Positions 12,581 to 24,259 of a stretch of 64,000 nucleotides of DNA are shown in pieces; within the stretch, counting starts at the first letter, position 1, and the number at the start of each line of letters is the position of its first letter. The translations under genes and the position numbers were made by a program. The notes under the pieces are model-generated. The model ran no database searches. It worked only from the letters and a program-made list of their open reading frames with translations, and had not been told where the DNA came from. Origin of the DNA: Plasmodiophora brassicae (taxonomy: Eukaryota); NCBI GenBank assembly GCA_036867785.1, contig CP145421.1, forward strand, positions 62,001-126,000, read 5' to 3'.

Positions 12581-12660
12581 GACTGCAGCCGCGCAGTGGA
12601 AGCTGCACATGGACTGCAGCCGCGCAGTGGCAGCTGCACATGGACTGCAGCGGGCGCAGT
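12581..12660. repeat. 31-nt tandem repeat (~2.6 copies) upstream of CLU
   Basis: GACTGCAGCCGCGCAGTGG(A/C)AGCTGCACATG is repeated directly. Confidence 0.85.
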
Positions 12661-12846
12661 GATGAGGGCGGACTCGGGGGGTGGTCTCGAAACGGCGGCG
12701 ACGGAGTGCGTGGGGCGACCTCGCGGCAATCCGCACTCGTGCGCGCCTGCGCTCCACAACCGGCAGCCGTCCTCGATCTGCAACCGCAGCGCCGTGCAGC
12801 GCCGCGCCCGCCCATCGACATCCCGTCGCGCGCACGCCCGCCACCC

Positions 12847-15800
12847 ATGACGCTCCTGCAGGTGACCGTTACGGGGCCCGATGCCGCGCAGGCCTCTGTC
12901 ACCATCGACGACCATGACACGCTCGCCGACCTGCGCGCCGCCCTCGACGACACCCTGCCCTTCGCCTGCCACACGTCGTACCATTTCGAGTACGAGGGGC
13001 GCCCATGCAATGACTTTGCGCCGGTACGTCGTCGCGTCGCGTAATGCGACGGGACCCCCGACCGTTGTAACCATGTCGTCTTCGTCGACCAGATCGGCGC
13101 CGACCGCACCGAGTTCGCCGTCGTCCACGACAAGTACAACTTCGAAACGATTCGCGTGCACATTGAGCGCGTCGAGCGGTTCCTGCGCAATCCACCCACG
13201 GCACTGTACGTTCGCCAGTTCGCGCGACGTCACGTTTCGTCCGTTTGCTGTTCGCTGACCGTTGTGGCATTGCCCCTGCCTGCAGGTCGATGGAGTCCTG
13301 GCTCAAGGCATTGAAACGGTCGGCCGAGGACGTTGTCAAGGCCGATGAAGTGTCGGAACCGTTCGCGGCGGACAAGGCCCTCACGTGCGAGACGGTACGC
13401 ATGGTGTGCAACGTTGCCTGCTTGTGTACGCTGACCCGTGTGCTCCGCCAACAGGTGCCTGCGCCCGTGCCCGGTGACCATGAACGTGTCGCGATCCGTG
13501 TATCGCCGCACGATCCACCGACTGGCCCCGCTCGTCTACGTGGGCACCTGGTCTACATCGACGTCGCCCTGCCGGAAGGTGCCACCATCCACTGCACGGG
13601 CACTGAGGACGGCTTCTACATCAACAAGACGACGCCCGATGCGTTCAACGGCGCGCCGCGAACCCGATCTCCGGTTCGGTTCGCGACGTTGACGGCGCTG
13701 CTGGCCAAGTCCAGCGCTGGGTTCCGGTCGGCGCTGGCGGCCCTGCAGGCGCGCCAGGCGGACCTGCACCCAATGTCGCACGCGCAGGCGCCCATACCGT
13801 TCCGGGAGCCGATCCAGCCTCCGTCGTCCGCCCGGAAACAAACGTAGGCCCAGCGACACAGGTCAGGCGCTGGCCGGCAACATGTGTGCTGAATCAGCGT
13901 GTGCGCTCGCAACAGGGACGCCGAGCGGCCCCGTCTGCGTTTCGAGCATGTCCCTGCTGAGCGCAGCTGGAACGACGAGTTCCTGGTGTGGAGCGAGGCG
14001 CCGGGCGCGGACGCGTCCGTCGAGGTGCACCTGGGGCACCTTCGCAGCCGGTACAGATCCGGGGTCGAGTTCGTGTCAGCGGCGCAGCAGGCGGCCGTCC
14101 TGGCCCTGACCGGTCGTCTGGCGCCGCTGAACCCGACCGAACCGCGCGACCTGCACGTCTACCTGCACAACAACATCTTCATGAGCGCCGCCATTGATTC
14201 GCGCAACCTGTACAGCCCCGAGCGGGGGCAACGCATCACCTACAAGCTCGCGTCCCACGACCTGCACGCCTGCCACGTCATTGACGCCGTCGCACATGTC
14301 GGGGAGGGGGCTCGCGCGTGTCCCCTGGCTGTGCCACTGAATGTGTGCGCGCGTTCCCTGGACAGGCCACGACCGTCGAAGGCGACCCCACTCGCCTGCA
14401 TACGCTGCTCAGCTGCCTGGTCGACTACGCGGGCCATCGGCTGATCTGCCAGGCCATCATCCCCGGCATCCTCAACGGGGGCGGGTCGACGTTGCTGTTC
14501 GGCGCGCTGGACGCTGAGGACCCGGGCACGGTCGGCCCGCATACATCTGACTACGGCGAGCACGCGCTGTTCGCCCAGCTCGTCGACAACCTGGCGGTCC
14601 GGTTCGTGCCGTTGATAGGGCCCTTGCTAGGCGGCACGCACTGACGCTCGTGCCCACAGGATGCATTGGGGGCGGTTCCCGGCCCGCGACCTGTCGGGCA
14701 ACGTTCACGACAAGGTGTCGATGCCGATGGACTGCAAGGCGATCAAGGCGTCCGACGGCAAGCTGTACCTGATGGACCTGATGCATACGTCGCCGCGCGA
14801 CGCCAACTTCCCCGATGACGACAGCGCCGTTGTCCGGCACGAGTTCGTGCGACGATGGTGCCAGGAGCGCGCCGTGCAGCGCGCCCTGGAGCAGCAGACG
14901 GGGGCGGCGCCGTCACCGATGCTCCCGGTGGCCGACATCGAACGGTACGCCGACGAGATCCGCATCGACATCAACGCGCTGACCCGGTATGGCATTGCGC
15001 CCGAATCCGTGTCGGGCGACCAGCCCCAGCAGCAATCGGTCGGTGATGTCGCCCCCTTGGGACGCTGGTCGGAACTGACCCGGGTGCTGTCCCGCCGGCC
15101 AGGTTGTCGATGCGATGGCGGCGTCGTTGCTGAACGACATGGTGCCCGCTGTGGCGCTGGCCATCCGGTCCCTGTCGATTGCGCACACCGACTGCCGCGC
15201 CATGGCGTCCCTGTTCCACGCGTACGGCCTGAACATGCGGTACCTGGGCCACGTGTACCGCCAGGTGGCGTCGGCCGACGCCGACCCGAACGACCCGCTC
15301 ACGTCGACGCTCTGCGGCACGCTCCAGACGCACATGGTCGTGCGCGCCAGCAAGCACGTGCTGGCGCGCCAGATCCGCCACGTGGGGCCGTCCGGCGACG
15401 TTGCCTCGTGCGTGGCCGCCTTCTTCAACCGGCTGCTCCTGCAGCCGGCTCCGAAGCAGGCCCGGGCCATGTGGGCCGAACTCGTCGACGATGTCCGCCT
15501 GCGCTTCTCGCACCAGCTCCCCGCCCAGCGCATCCGTTTCGACAACCCGTTGTTCGTCGTCTACAGCGTTTGCCAAGGTGTGTGTGTGCCTGTCATTGTC
15601 GATCGGCGTGGGCTCGAACGTGCTGACTTGCGCCCATTCCGCAGCCGTTGGCGTCCGGGTCGCGTACCGCGAGTTCGACTTTGGCGGCAACGGGTCGGGC
15701 ATGTCGCCCGACGACGTCGTGGACATGTACCCGGTGGGCAAGTACCACGTGTCGCCCGGCCTGAACTCGGGCGCCCTGCTCGACCTCGGCCGGGGGCGCC

Positions 15801-16951
15801 TGACGCAAGGTGCGTTGGTGGCAGACGACGCCCTCCTGCCCGCATGACAGGGCCTCTGATTGTTGGGTTGCTCCGCTGCCCGCCCAGGCGACCTTGCCGG
15901 TGCGGCCGAAGCCTTCACCCAAGTCATCCAGCTGCTCTGCTCCATCACCGGCGCCATCCATGACGACGTCGGCGCCGCGTTCGCCAACCTGGCCCTCGTG
16001 TCGTACGTGGCGTCGATGCGTGTGTGTATACGTCTGGACCCCTAAAGCCCACCCCACACCCAGGTACCGGTCCGGCGACGTCGTCAACGCGATCGACCAG
16101 TCGTACCGCGCCATCGTGATCAGCGAGGCGCTGCACGGTGCCGTCGACTGCGAGACGGCCCGGGCGTACTCGCAGCACGCCCTGTTCCTCATGTGCGGCG
16201 GGTACCTGCAGCGCGCCCTGCACCACGCCATCAAGGCGAAACGCATCTACGAGTTCCTGGCGGGGGCCGACCACCCCGACACTGCCACCGCCCTGCTGAA
16301 CGTCGCCGTCGTCCTCGTCGAGTCCGGCATTGTCCACGGTGCGTGCCGTACGCGTTGCCGACCAACGTGCCGATACTGACGTCTGCGCCCGCGTGTGTTG
16401 CAGAGGCGCTCCAGCTGCAGGTGGATGCCCTGTCGCGTCTGGAGCGGTCGATCGGGCGCGACGGGCACACGCACCTGGCGACGGCGTGCCACGCGATCGC
16501 CTTCTCGCACGCCCTGCTGAAACAGTCGCGCGACGCCGTCTCGTACGAGAAGCGGTGCCGGACGATCTGCACGAAGACGTGCGCCGACGCCGACGTCATC
16601 GCCGACTGCAACACGTGGCTGTCGCTGTTCACGCGCCACGCCGTCCAGGCCGCCAAGGGCCTGCCGGTCGGCCCCGTCATCAAGCCGACCGCCTCGGCGC
16701 TGTCCTGGATCGCCGGGCCGCACACCGCCCGCATCTACAGCGCCGTGTCGACCAGCCTCTACCGGGACCTGCTGCCGGCGGCGACGACCACGACGACGAC
16801 GACGACGAACCGTACCGACGACGCCGGTGCGGGCGTTGCCGACGAGGCGGACAAGCAGGACGCGACCGCCGACGATGCAGCGGTGGACGTAACGACGAAG
16901 CGGGGCGACGTCGCCGGCGAGCAGCAGCAGCTGGACGGCGTCGCTGTCTAG
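12847..16951 (+). CDS. CLU1: Clustered mitochondria protein (CLU/TIF31 family), multi-exon, with C-terminal TPR repeats
   Basis: Motifs RLRGHLVYIDV..EG..HCTGTEDGFYINK, RSWNDEF, YLHNNIF, VDYAGHRLICQAIIPGI, DCKAIKASDGKLYLMDL..PRDANF and HAYGLNMRYLG, followed by TPRs (GADHPDTA). Confidence 0.92.
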
Positions 16952-17155
16952 GGCGCCGAACAACAACGACGACGGTCGGGGGCCCCGGGCAGCGCGTCCG
17001 GCCTGCCTCCTGCTGTTGCCAGACGCGCCAATCATCATCATCGCCACCAGGATACACAGCACTGGCGTTGCGCCTGTCGTCGTCGTCGTTCCCTCGTCGT
17101 CCGCCCGCCTTGTACGAACGTAGGTACGCGCGTATCGTTTGTTGGTTGTCGTGTA

Positions 17156-20100
17156 TCACGGGGCGGGGGCCGGGCGCCCGCGGCGGCGCCCCTCGGCGAC
17201 GGCGTACCGGGCGAGCGCGTTCAGCACCGGGCCCAGGTCGGCGGCGGACGGTTCGCCGGGCAGCGTGTCGACGAAGCGGGCGACGACGTCGAGCAGGGCG
17301 TCGGCGCCGCGGTCGTCCAGGCCCTGGGCCAGCTCGCGCAGGACGCGCCCGGTCAGGCAGCGGCCGGCGCCGACCTGCTCGACGGCCTGCTCCGTTGTGC
17401 CCGTCGCGAACCGCAACGGGGCGGCCAGCGACGCGACCGTGTCGCCGTCGACGCCCACGACGGCGTCGAGCAGGTCGGCGACGTCGCCGTCGCCCGTCAT
17501 CCGGATCAGGCGGGCGGCGGCGACCAGCGACGCGTCGGCGACGTCGACGGCGGGGGACGCCGCGCGCCCCTGCCCGATCAGGCGACGGATGCGCTCCGGG
17601 CCGCTGACGACGACGCTGTCGCCGGCGCGCAGCACGCCCTGCGCGTCCAGGACGGCACGTTGCGCGTTCAGGTCGGCGAGCTCGGCGTCGTCGTCGTCGT
17701 CGCGGGCCGACGTCAGGTACGCCAGCTTGGACAGGGCGTTGCAGGCGCGGCGCAGGCGCAGGGCGACGTGGTCGTCGTCGGCGACGCGCTTCAGGGCGGC
17801 CGACGCCGCCGCGTAGTCGCCGCGGTCGAGGTCGGGCACCCAGGCCAGCAGCGGGTGGTCGGCGAGGACGTCGCCGACCCAGTCCGGGTGCACGGCCGCC
17901 CAGCGCATCACGTCGTCGTACCGGCGCGCCTGCAGCAGGACGGCCAGCGTCGCCAGGCCGTACGGGCGGCCGTGCTCCCGCAGGTACGCGTCGGCGCGGT
18001 CGGCGCGCGCGCACCGGGCGCACAGCTGCGCCAGCAGCGACAGGTCGGCGAAGCGCTCGCCGAACGCGAACGCCAGCTCGAAGCGGGCCGACGGGGACGC
18101 CGGGCGCCCGTCACCAGCATCAGCAGCAGCAGCAGCAGCGACGCCCTCAGCAGCGCAGAGCGACAGCAGCGTCTGAGGTGCCACGCGCACAGGTCAGACG
18201 GGCACAGTACACAGGCGCACAGGCGGCGCGTACCTGGCCGGCCTGGTCGCGGTCGCGCTTGTAGACGGCGTCGAGGTCGGCCCCGGCGGCGCACGGGTTC
18301 GCGCCGCTCTCGCTGAGGTAGGTGCCGCACAGGATCGACGCCACGTGGAAGTAGGCGCTGGAGACGAACCCGGGCTGGACGACGTCGGCGCCCCCGGTCG
18401 ACGCGGGCAGGCGCGCCAGGTGCGTCAGCAGCGTGCGCAGCGCGGCACGGACGCGCCCGGTGAACATCCAGGAGGTCGGGTCGGGCGCCGCTTGCTGGTC
18501 GGCGTTCTCGTCGGCGACGCTGAAGACGACGCGCACGACCCGGCAGACGAAGACGACCTGCAGGGCGACGTCCAGCTGGTCGTCGGGCGGGTCGCCCAGC
18601 GCGTCGACGAGGCCGGGCAGGACGTCGGTGAACTGGGAGACGCGCGCGAAGAACACGTCCTCGACGCGGGCGGTGTCGGGCGCGGGCAGGCCGGCGGCTC
18701 GTAGGGCCCGGCGCAGGACCCGGCGGCGGACGGCGTCGAAGCGGGGCCGGGCGCCCGGCACCACCTCGGGGAACTGGGCGGCGGGCGCGCCCACGATCGC
18801 CTGCGTCGCCAGGGCCAGGTCGAGGGCGTCGGCGTGCGCCCGCAGCGTCGACCGGGTGCCGGGCGGCAGGCGCGCCCAGATGTTGCCGTCGTTGTCGGCG
18901 GCGGCGGCGGCGGCGGCGCCGGGCGACGACGGCATCGACCGGAGGAACTCGCAGAAGGCGGCGTGCCGGGCCTGGCGGTCGGCCAGCGGTGTGTCGCCGC
19001 CGTCGACGATCGCCGTCGACAGGCGCTGGACGTCGTCGGCCAGCGACGCCGACGTGAGCAACGGGGCGAGCAGGGCGCGGCAGTTGGCGATGCGCGCCTG
19101 CTGGAAGGCGGTGAAGGCGCTGGGCAGGCCGAGGGCGGCGCCAGGTCGCTCGTGCAGGATCGCGGTGGTGGGCGGGCCTCGCGCCAGGCGCACGCAGACG
19201 ACGCCATGGGCGGCCGACACGAAGAAGCACCCGCGATGGTCCCGGCAGCGCCCGCCGCCCAGCAGGCCGTCGTCGAACCGGACGCAGTCGCTGGCGCCCG
19301 TCGACAGGTCGACGATGGCGACGGAGCGGCGCCCGTAGACGAAGGCCAGCGCCGGGTCCTGGTCGGACAGGTCGACGCGGGCCGCCCGGCCGCCCCACCC
19401 GTGCGTCTGGCCGTCATCGTCATCGTTGCCGCCGCTGCTGCCGTCGTCGTCGTCCGTGTCGAACGCGTCGATCGGGCAGGCGCGGTGGACGGGCACGAGG
19501 CCGGCGCCGGCCCGCCGGTCGTACAGGGCGACCGCGTACCGGGTGCGGTTCAGCGGCCCGTACCGGGCGGCGGTCAGCACGACGACCCGGTGGCGGACGC
19601 AGGCCAGGTCGACCAGGTGGCAGGCGGACAGGTTCGGCGCCAGGGCCATGTCGTCGACGGGCGCCGACGTCGACCAGGCGACGGACCAGGCGCCCGTCTC
19701 GCTGGCGGCCACCTCGCTGATCGTCGTCGGCGTCAGGGCCAGGGCCGTCAGCGGCGCCGGGCTGCACAGCGACAGGTACGGGAGCAGGTCCGACGACGAC
19801 GACGACGACGCCGACGACGACGACAGCGGGGCCAGGGCCGTGACGACGCGCGTCAGCATCGATGCCCGGCGGTGGCCGTCGCCGCCGCCAGCGACGACGA
19901 CGACGTGGGCGTCGAGCGCGCCGCCGGACTCGCGGCCGACGTCGACCTGCACGAGGCGGTTCTGCGACGTGCCCAGCAGGAAGAGGCGCGCGTTGACCAT
20001 CTCGACGACGGTGACCGTCTCGCTGTGGGGCAGGCACGCCGACGAAACGGTCAGCGGGCGGGCGAGGTGGAGGTGGGCACAAACACCCGTGGCACGTACC

Positions 20101-20689
20101 TGTCGTGCAGGTCGAGGCGCAGGTGGCGGGCGGCGGAGGCGCCCGCCCCCTGCAGGTCGCCCACGTAGACGACGTGGCCGTGCGCCCGCGCGTACAGCAA
20201 CCCGGTGCACGTGCGCTGCTCGACGGGGCGGTCGTAGATCAGGGCGACGCGGTCTGCGGCGGCGGGTTCCGGCGCGTCATCGTCGCCGCCGCCGCTCGCG
20301 TCGTCCAGCGTGATGGCGAGCGCCGGCTCGTCGGGTCGGCAGGCGTTCCAGACGACGAGGCGGGTCGGGCTGACGACGACGGCGTACCCGGACGGGTGCA
20401 GGCGCGCCGACACGGACGCGATCGACGGCGCCGACCTGATCGTCTGTCGGACGATCGACGGGCACGGGGCGACGACCTCGACGACGCGGAACTCGTTGCG
20501 GTCCAGGGCGGCGGCGGCGGCGCCGGAGCCGGTCGGACGGCGCGACCGGCCCGGCGTCCTGCTAACGGCGGTGGTGGTGGTGGACGGCGGCGTGGGCGGG
20601 GTTGGCGACGCCGACGACGACGACCCGATCAGGGGCGGTTTGCCAGGCGATGCGAGCGCGTGTGACCCGGTGCGCAGGAAGGAGGACAT
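17156..20689 (-). CDS. NUP133: Nucleoporin Nup133-like, 3 exons (introns ~20099-20022, ~18232-18157)
   Basis: N-terminal beta-propeller-like region. The C-terminal FAFGERFADLSLLAQLC..HPLLAWVPDLDRGDYAAASAAL..LSKLA matches the Nup133 C-terminal pattern. Confidence 0.75.
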
Positions 20690-21041
20690 GATGGCATCCG
20701 GCGGCGCGCGGCAACGAGCGGCGTTCAGGCGGCAACTCCGTGGCGATGTGCGCCGCCCGCGCCCCGACGACGCTTAATGGGTTGGTCATGGCCCCATACT
20801 GCCAGCCTGCTAAGTATGTACTAGGTACCTACGAACGTTGCATTGCCCCCTGCGCCTGCCTGTGTGCAGGTCTAGGTGCGGACAAGGTCGACTTTCTGCC
20901 GCCCCCGCCCCCTCTCCCTGGTGGCCGGTCTGCACGCCGTTAAAGTACTGGAGCGTCCGCCTGCATGCGGTCACACTGCGCCCTGCCGCCCGCCGCCCTG
21001 GTCGTCATGCTGGCCAGTGTGGCCCGCCGCGCGTCTCCCGC

Positions 21042-22306
21042 ATGACATCCGCCTGTTGCCCGCCGTCGTGGCACGAGCAGGACGGGTTGGGGTTCGACGA
21101 CCCCGACAGCGACAACGACCTCGTGCCCGTGTCGCCCGAGTCGCAGACGTCCGACAGGTACAATGCGCGCGAGCGGCACGAGAAGCGCCGGCGCTGGGCG
21201 GAGCAGTATCGCGCCAGCCGGGTCCGCCAGGCGAGGCGATGGGCGGGCGTACCGGTCGACCGCCTGTCCGTCCAGGATCTACAGCAGCTGAAGGTGCGTG
21301 TGTGTGCGTGCGCGCGTCGCATGCCGCGCCTCATGGAGCGGCACTATGACCCGCCAGTACCTAACGGATCGGGCTATTATCGTGTGGGCAGTCCCACGTA
21401 CGGAAGGGCATCCCCAGCAATCTGCGACCACGCCTATGGGCGGTCGCCTGCTCGGCGCCCGCCCTGCTGGCGAAGAACCCCGGCGAGTACGCCCGGCTCG
21501 TCGAACGGGCCACAGCGACGCGATCCAGCGCCATGGACCAGATCGACAAGGACCTGCGACGAACGTTCCCGGTACGTGCGCGGTCTGACCGACCAGTGCA
21601 GGATACGCGTACGGCAGGAACGCGCGCGCATCTGACCGTGTCGATTCGCTGTGGTGTGCAGAACCATCCGTTCTACCGGACCGACGAGGGCATTCGGGCG
21701 CTGCGCCACTGCCTGTTGGCGTTCGCCGCCCGCAACCCACACATTGGGTATTCGCAGTCGATGAACTTCCTAGCCGGTCTGCTGAACCTGCTGTACGCCC
21801 CGGAGATGGCCTTCTGGATGATGGTCGCGATCGTCGAGCGCATCCTGCCTCGCGATTTCTATGACCAGAGCCTGCTCGGGTGCCGCGTCGAGATTGGCGT
21901 CCTGCGCCGCCTGGTCACGAAGAAGTTGCCGGAGATCGATGAGGCCTTGCGGCGGCACCGTGTCGATATCACCGTTGTCTGCGTCGGATGGTTCCTGTGC
22001 CTGTTCGTCAACACGCTCCCTATTGAGACCGTGCTTCGCGTCTGGGACTGCTTCCTGGTCGAAGGCGACAAGATCCTGTTCCGCGTGGGCCTAGCGCTGC
22101 TGAAAATGCACAGCGATGACATGCTGGCCTGTACGGATTCGCCTCAGATGATACGGGCCCTAACTCGGATCGGCAAAGACCAGTACGATTGTGATACGTT
22201 CCTTCAGGCGGCCTTCAAACGTGTCGGGTCGTTGAAACGGGAAACAATCGTCAGATATAGGCAGCTATGTCGCGAGGAGGAGACGAACTTGAGTCCACAA
22301 CTGTGA
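21042..22306 (+). CDS. TBC-domain Rab GTPase-activating protein, 3 exons
   Basis: GIP..LRP.LWAV, QIDKDLRRTFP (IxxDxxR), IGYSQSMNFLAG (YxQ) and TLPIETVLRVWDCFLVEG. Confidence 0.92.
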
Positions 22307-22448
22307 AATCGCTATATCTCGCGTAACGATAAACACCCAATGCAAGCACGGTTGCTGCACACTTCCCGTTAAGATGGCCTTTCGGATATTTGGACGCGGT
22401 CGATGCTGTGTGTACCGCCCGATCTGATCTACCTATGCATTTCTAAGA

Positions 22449-23021
22449 ATGCTGACGACGACGTCGAGAGGCGGCGCCATCGCTGACCATATTGCCGAAT
22501 GCATCCCGATAGCTGATGCCGGGCTGTTCACATTGCACTTCAATGCCGAGCGTGGCGGCTATGTGACTAAACCGAAAGTCGCCGATCTTCGAGGACAGTG
22601 GAGTACGACCTATTCGTCGAGGATCGATCTGTGGGCCATCCTGTAGAGCTGACACAGGAACTGTGCCTTAGGCCGGCTGACGTCTGAAAGACCGTTGGCG
22701 TTGGTGACAACATCCGCGCCGGCGCCAGATCAAATCGGAGCCGCTGCACGAGTCCTGTTCGTAAAAGCGTACGGCACGGCAGTCGCTTTCGATGACCAAG
22801 AGGCTGTCATCGGCGCAGACGTCGAGCAGACGGGGGACAGCGATACGACTGGCATTTGCCAGATTTGCTGGTCGCCTGCGCAGATGCCAGTGAGATCGAA
22901 GCCTTGTCAGCACGTCGCCTGCCGAAGGTGCTGGGGCTTGTGGATTGCACAGGGCAAAACGGCCTGCCCAGAATGTCAAGTACCCATTGACGTGTCACAG
23001 GACGGCCGTGAAGATGAATAA
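22449..23021 (+). CDS. Small protein with C-terminal RING-HC (C3HC4) finger; 5' exon structure uncertain
   Basis: CQIC..PCQHVACRRC..CPEC in ORF 22695-23021. Confidence 0.65.
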
Positions 23022-23071
23022 ATCACCCATTCTATTGGATGGTGTTCCCACGGCAGTTGGCGAATCCACAC

Positions 23072-23285
23072 TAGGGGTCGGCGCGGGTTGGTTTCGAACC
23101 AGAAACCCTGAACCAAACCGAAGCTGCGCGGTTTTGGTTCCAGGTGGTAGGGGTGGGCACGGTCCCCTCAGGAGATGGACCAGACTTTGTGGGACCGAGC
23201 AGACAGTATAGGGACCGGATCGGACTGGACCGATCACATCTCGGACCGATAGGACCAAGACCGCTGTCGCAGGACCGGTCCTGTA
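23072..23285 (+). mobile_element. Two adjacent hAT-like transposon left ends with subterminal short repeats
   Basis: TAGGGGTCGGC at 23072 is followed by AACC(G) motifs. TAGGGGTGGGCAC at 23148 is followed by ~8 GGACC(G) motifs. No matching right ends were found. Confidence 0.5.
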
Positions 23286-24259
23286 CTGACTGTCATTGAC
23301 ATTGTACTACCGTACTAACATGTTTAGGTACAACGGGTGGAGATGCTCTAACAGACTACATATACGCGCGCGATTGCCAGGTTTCTCAGGACGAGGGCCA
23401 CGCGATTCCAGCAACGCCTGTCTTCTCCGCATCACCGATTGTAGCCGCGTTTGCACGTGCACAGCAACAGCGCGACGATAATGACTAATCATCAGAGGAC
23501 GAGCGGGATATCTGGCGGCTCAAGACAGCAACCAGATGGTGCTCCGGAAGTTCGACAATCAGAAGAAGAGGTCGAAACTGGTGATGAGGTACCAGAAATA
23601 AGTGACGGCCGGAAGCGGAGCTGCAGCAAGTGTCGACGCAGCAGACGCGGATGAAGGTGGTATCGTGGATATGGTCAGCGACGACGCTGCTCATGGCAAA
23701 GAAGCCTGTTCGGCAGGACAATTCGCGAATTCCCTGAACACTTCCCAGGCACCTCGAATGAGAACTACATGAGGGCGAGCCGTTGGTGGGCGTCGCGTGA
23801 CAACATCTTGAATATCGCTCAGGACAAGACGAATTGTCTGTAGACGGGGACGACGGTCAGGTACGGGCGGGCGCTACCTTCCGGCGCAGCTCAATCCTAA
23901 CCTCCAAGCCATTTCTCCAAACCTCGAAACCATTTCGATGATGAGCCAGTCCCATACGCCATAGCTTACTCGCTCCGCGGCGATCCTCGTCGATGGACGT
24001 TCGTCACGCCTGACGGAAACGGTCGCTGATCTGTCGTCGACCGGGCCATGACTCGCGGGCTTGACACTGCCAGCCTGAGCGTCGTCGGTGCGCCGGTGGG
24101 CACATCGCATCGCATGCTGGTCATTGCATGCGACGTCGTCGTGCCGGAACGCACCGACCCGTCCCGTTATCCTTCGGCGCGCAGGATGTTCGCCGATCCT
24201 GACGATCGCCCCGCCTGATCAGTCCTGCTGGCCCCGGCGTACAACTACTTTCGTGCCCT

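Noticed and set aside
700-20700. Many long overlapping or antisense ORFs (e.g. 6711-9203 +, 6403-8868 -, 1297-2691 -, 11953-13233 -)
   Set aside because: These are shadow frames caused by high GC3 codon bias; the Arg/Pro/Ala-rich translations have no domain motifs.
23148-23285. Regularly recurring GGACC motifs and other short tandem repeats as a possible CRISPR array
   Set aside because: The repeats are too short and irregular, there is no repeat-spacer periodicity or cas gene, and the context is eukaryotic.
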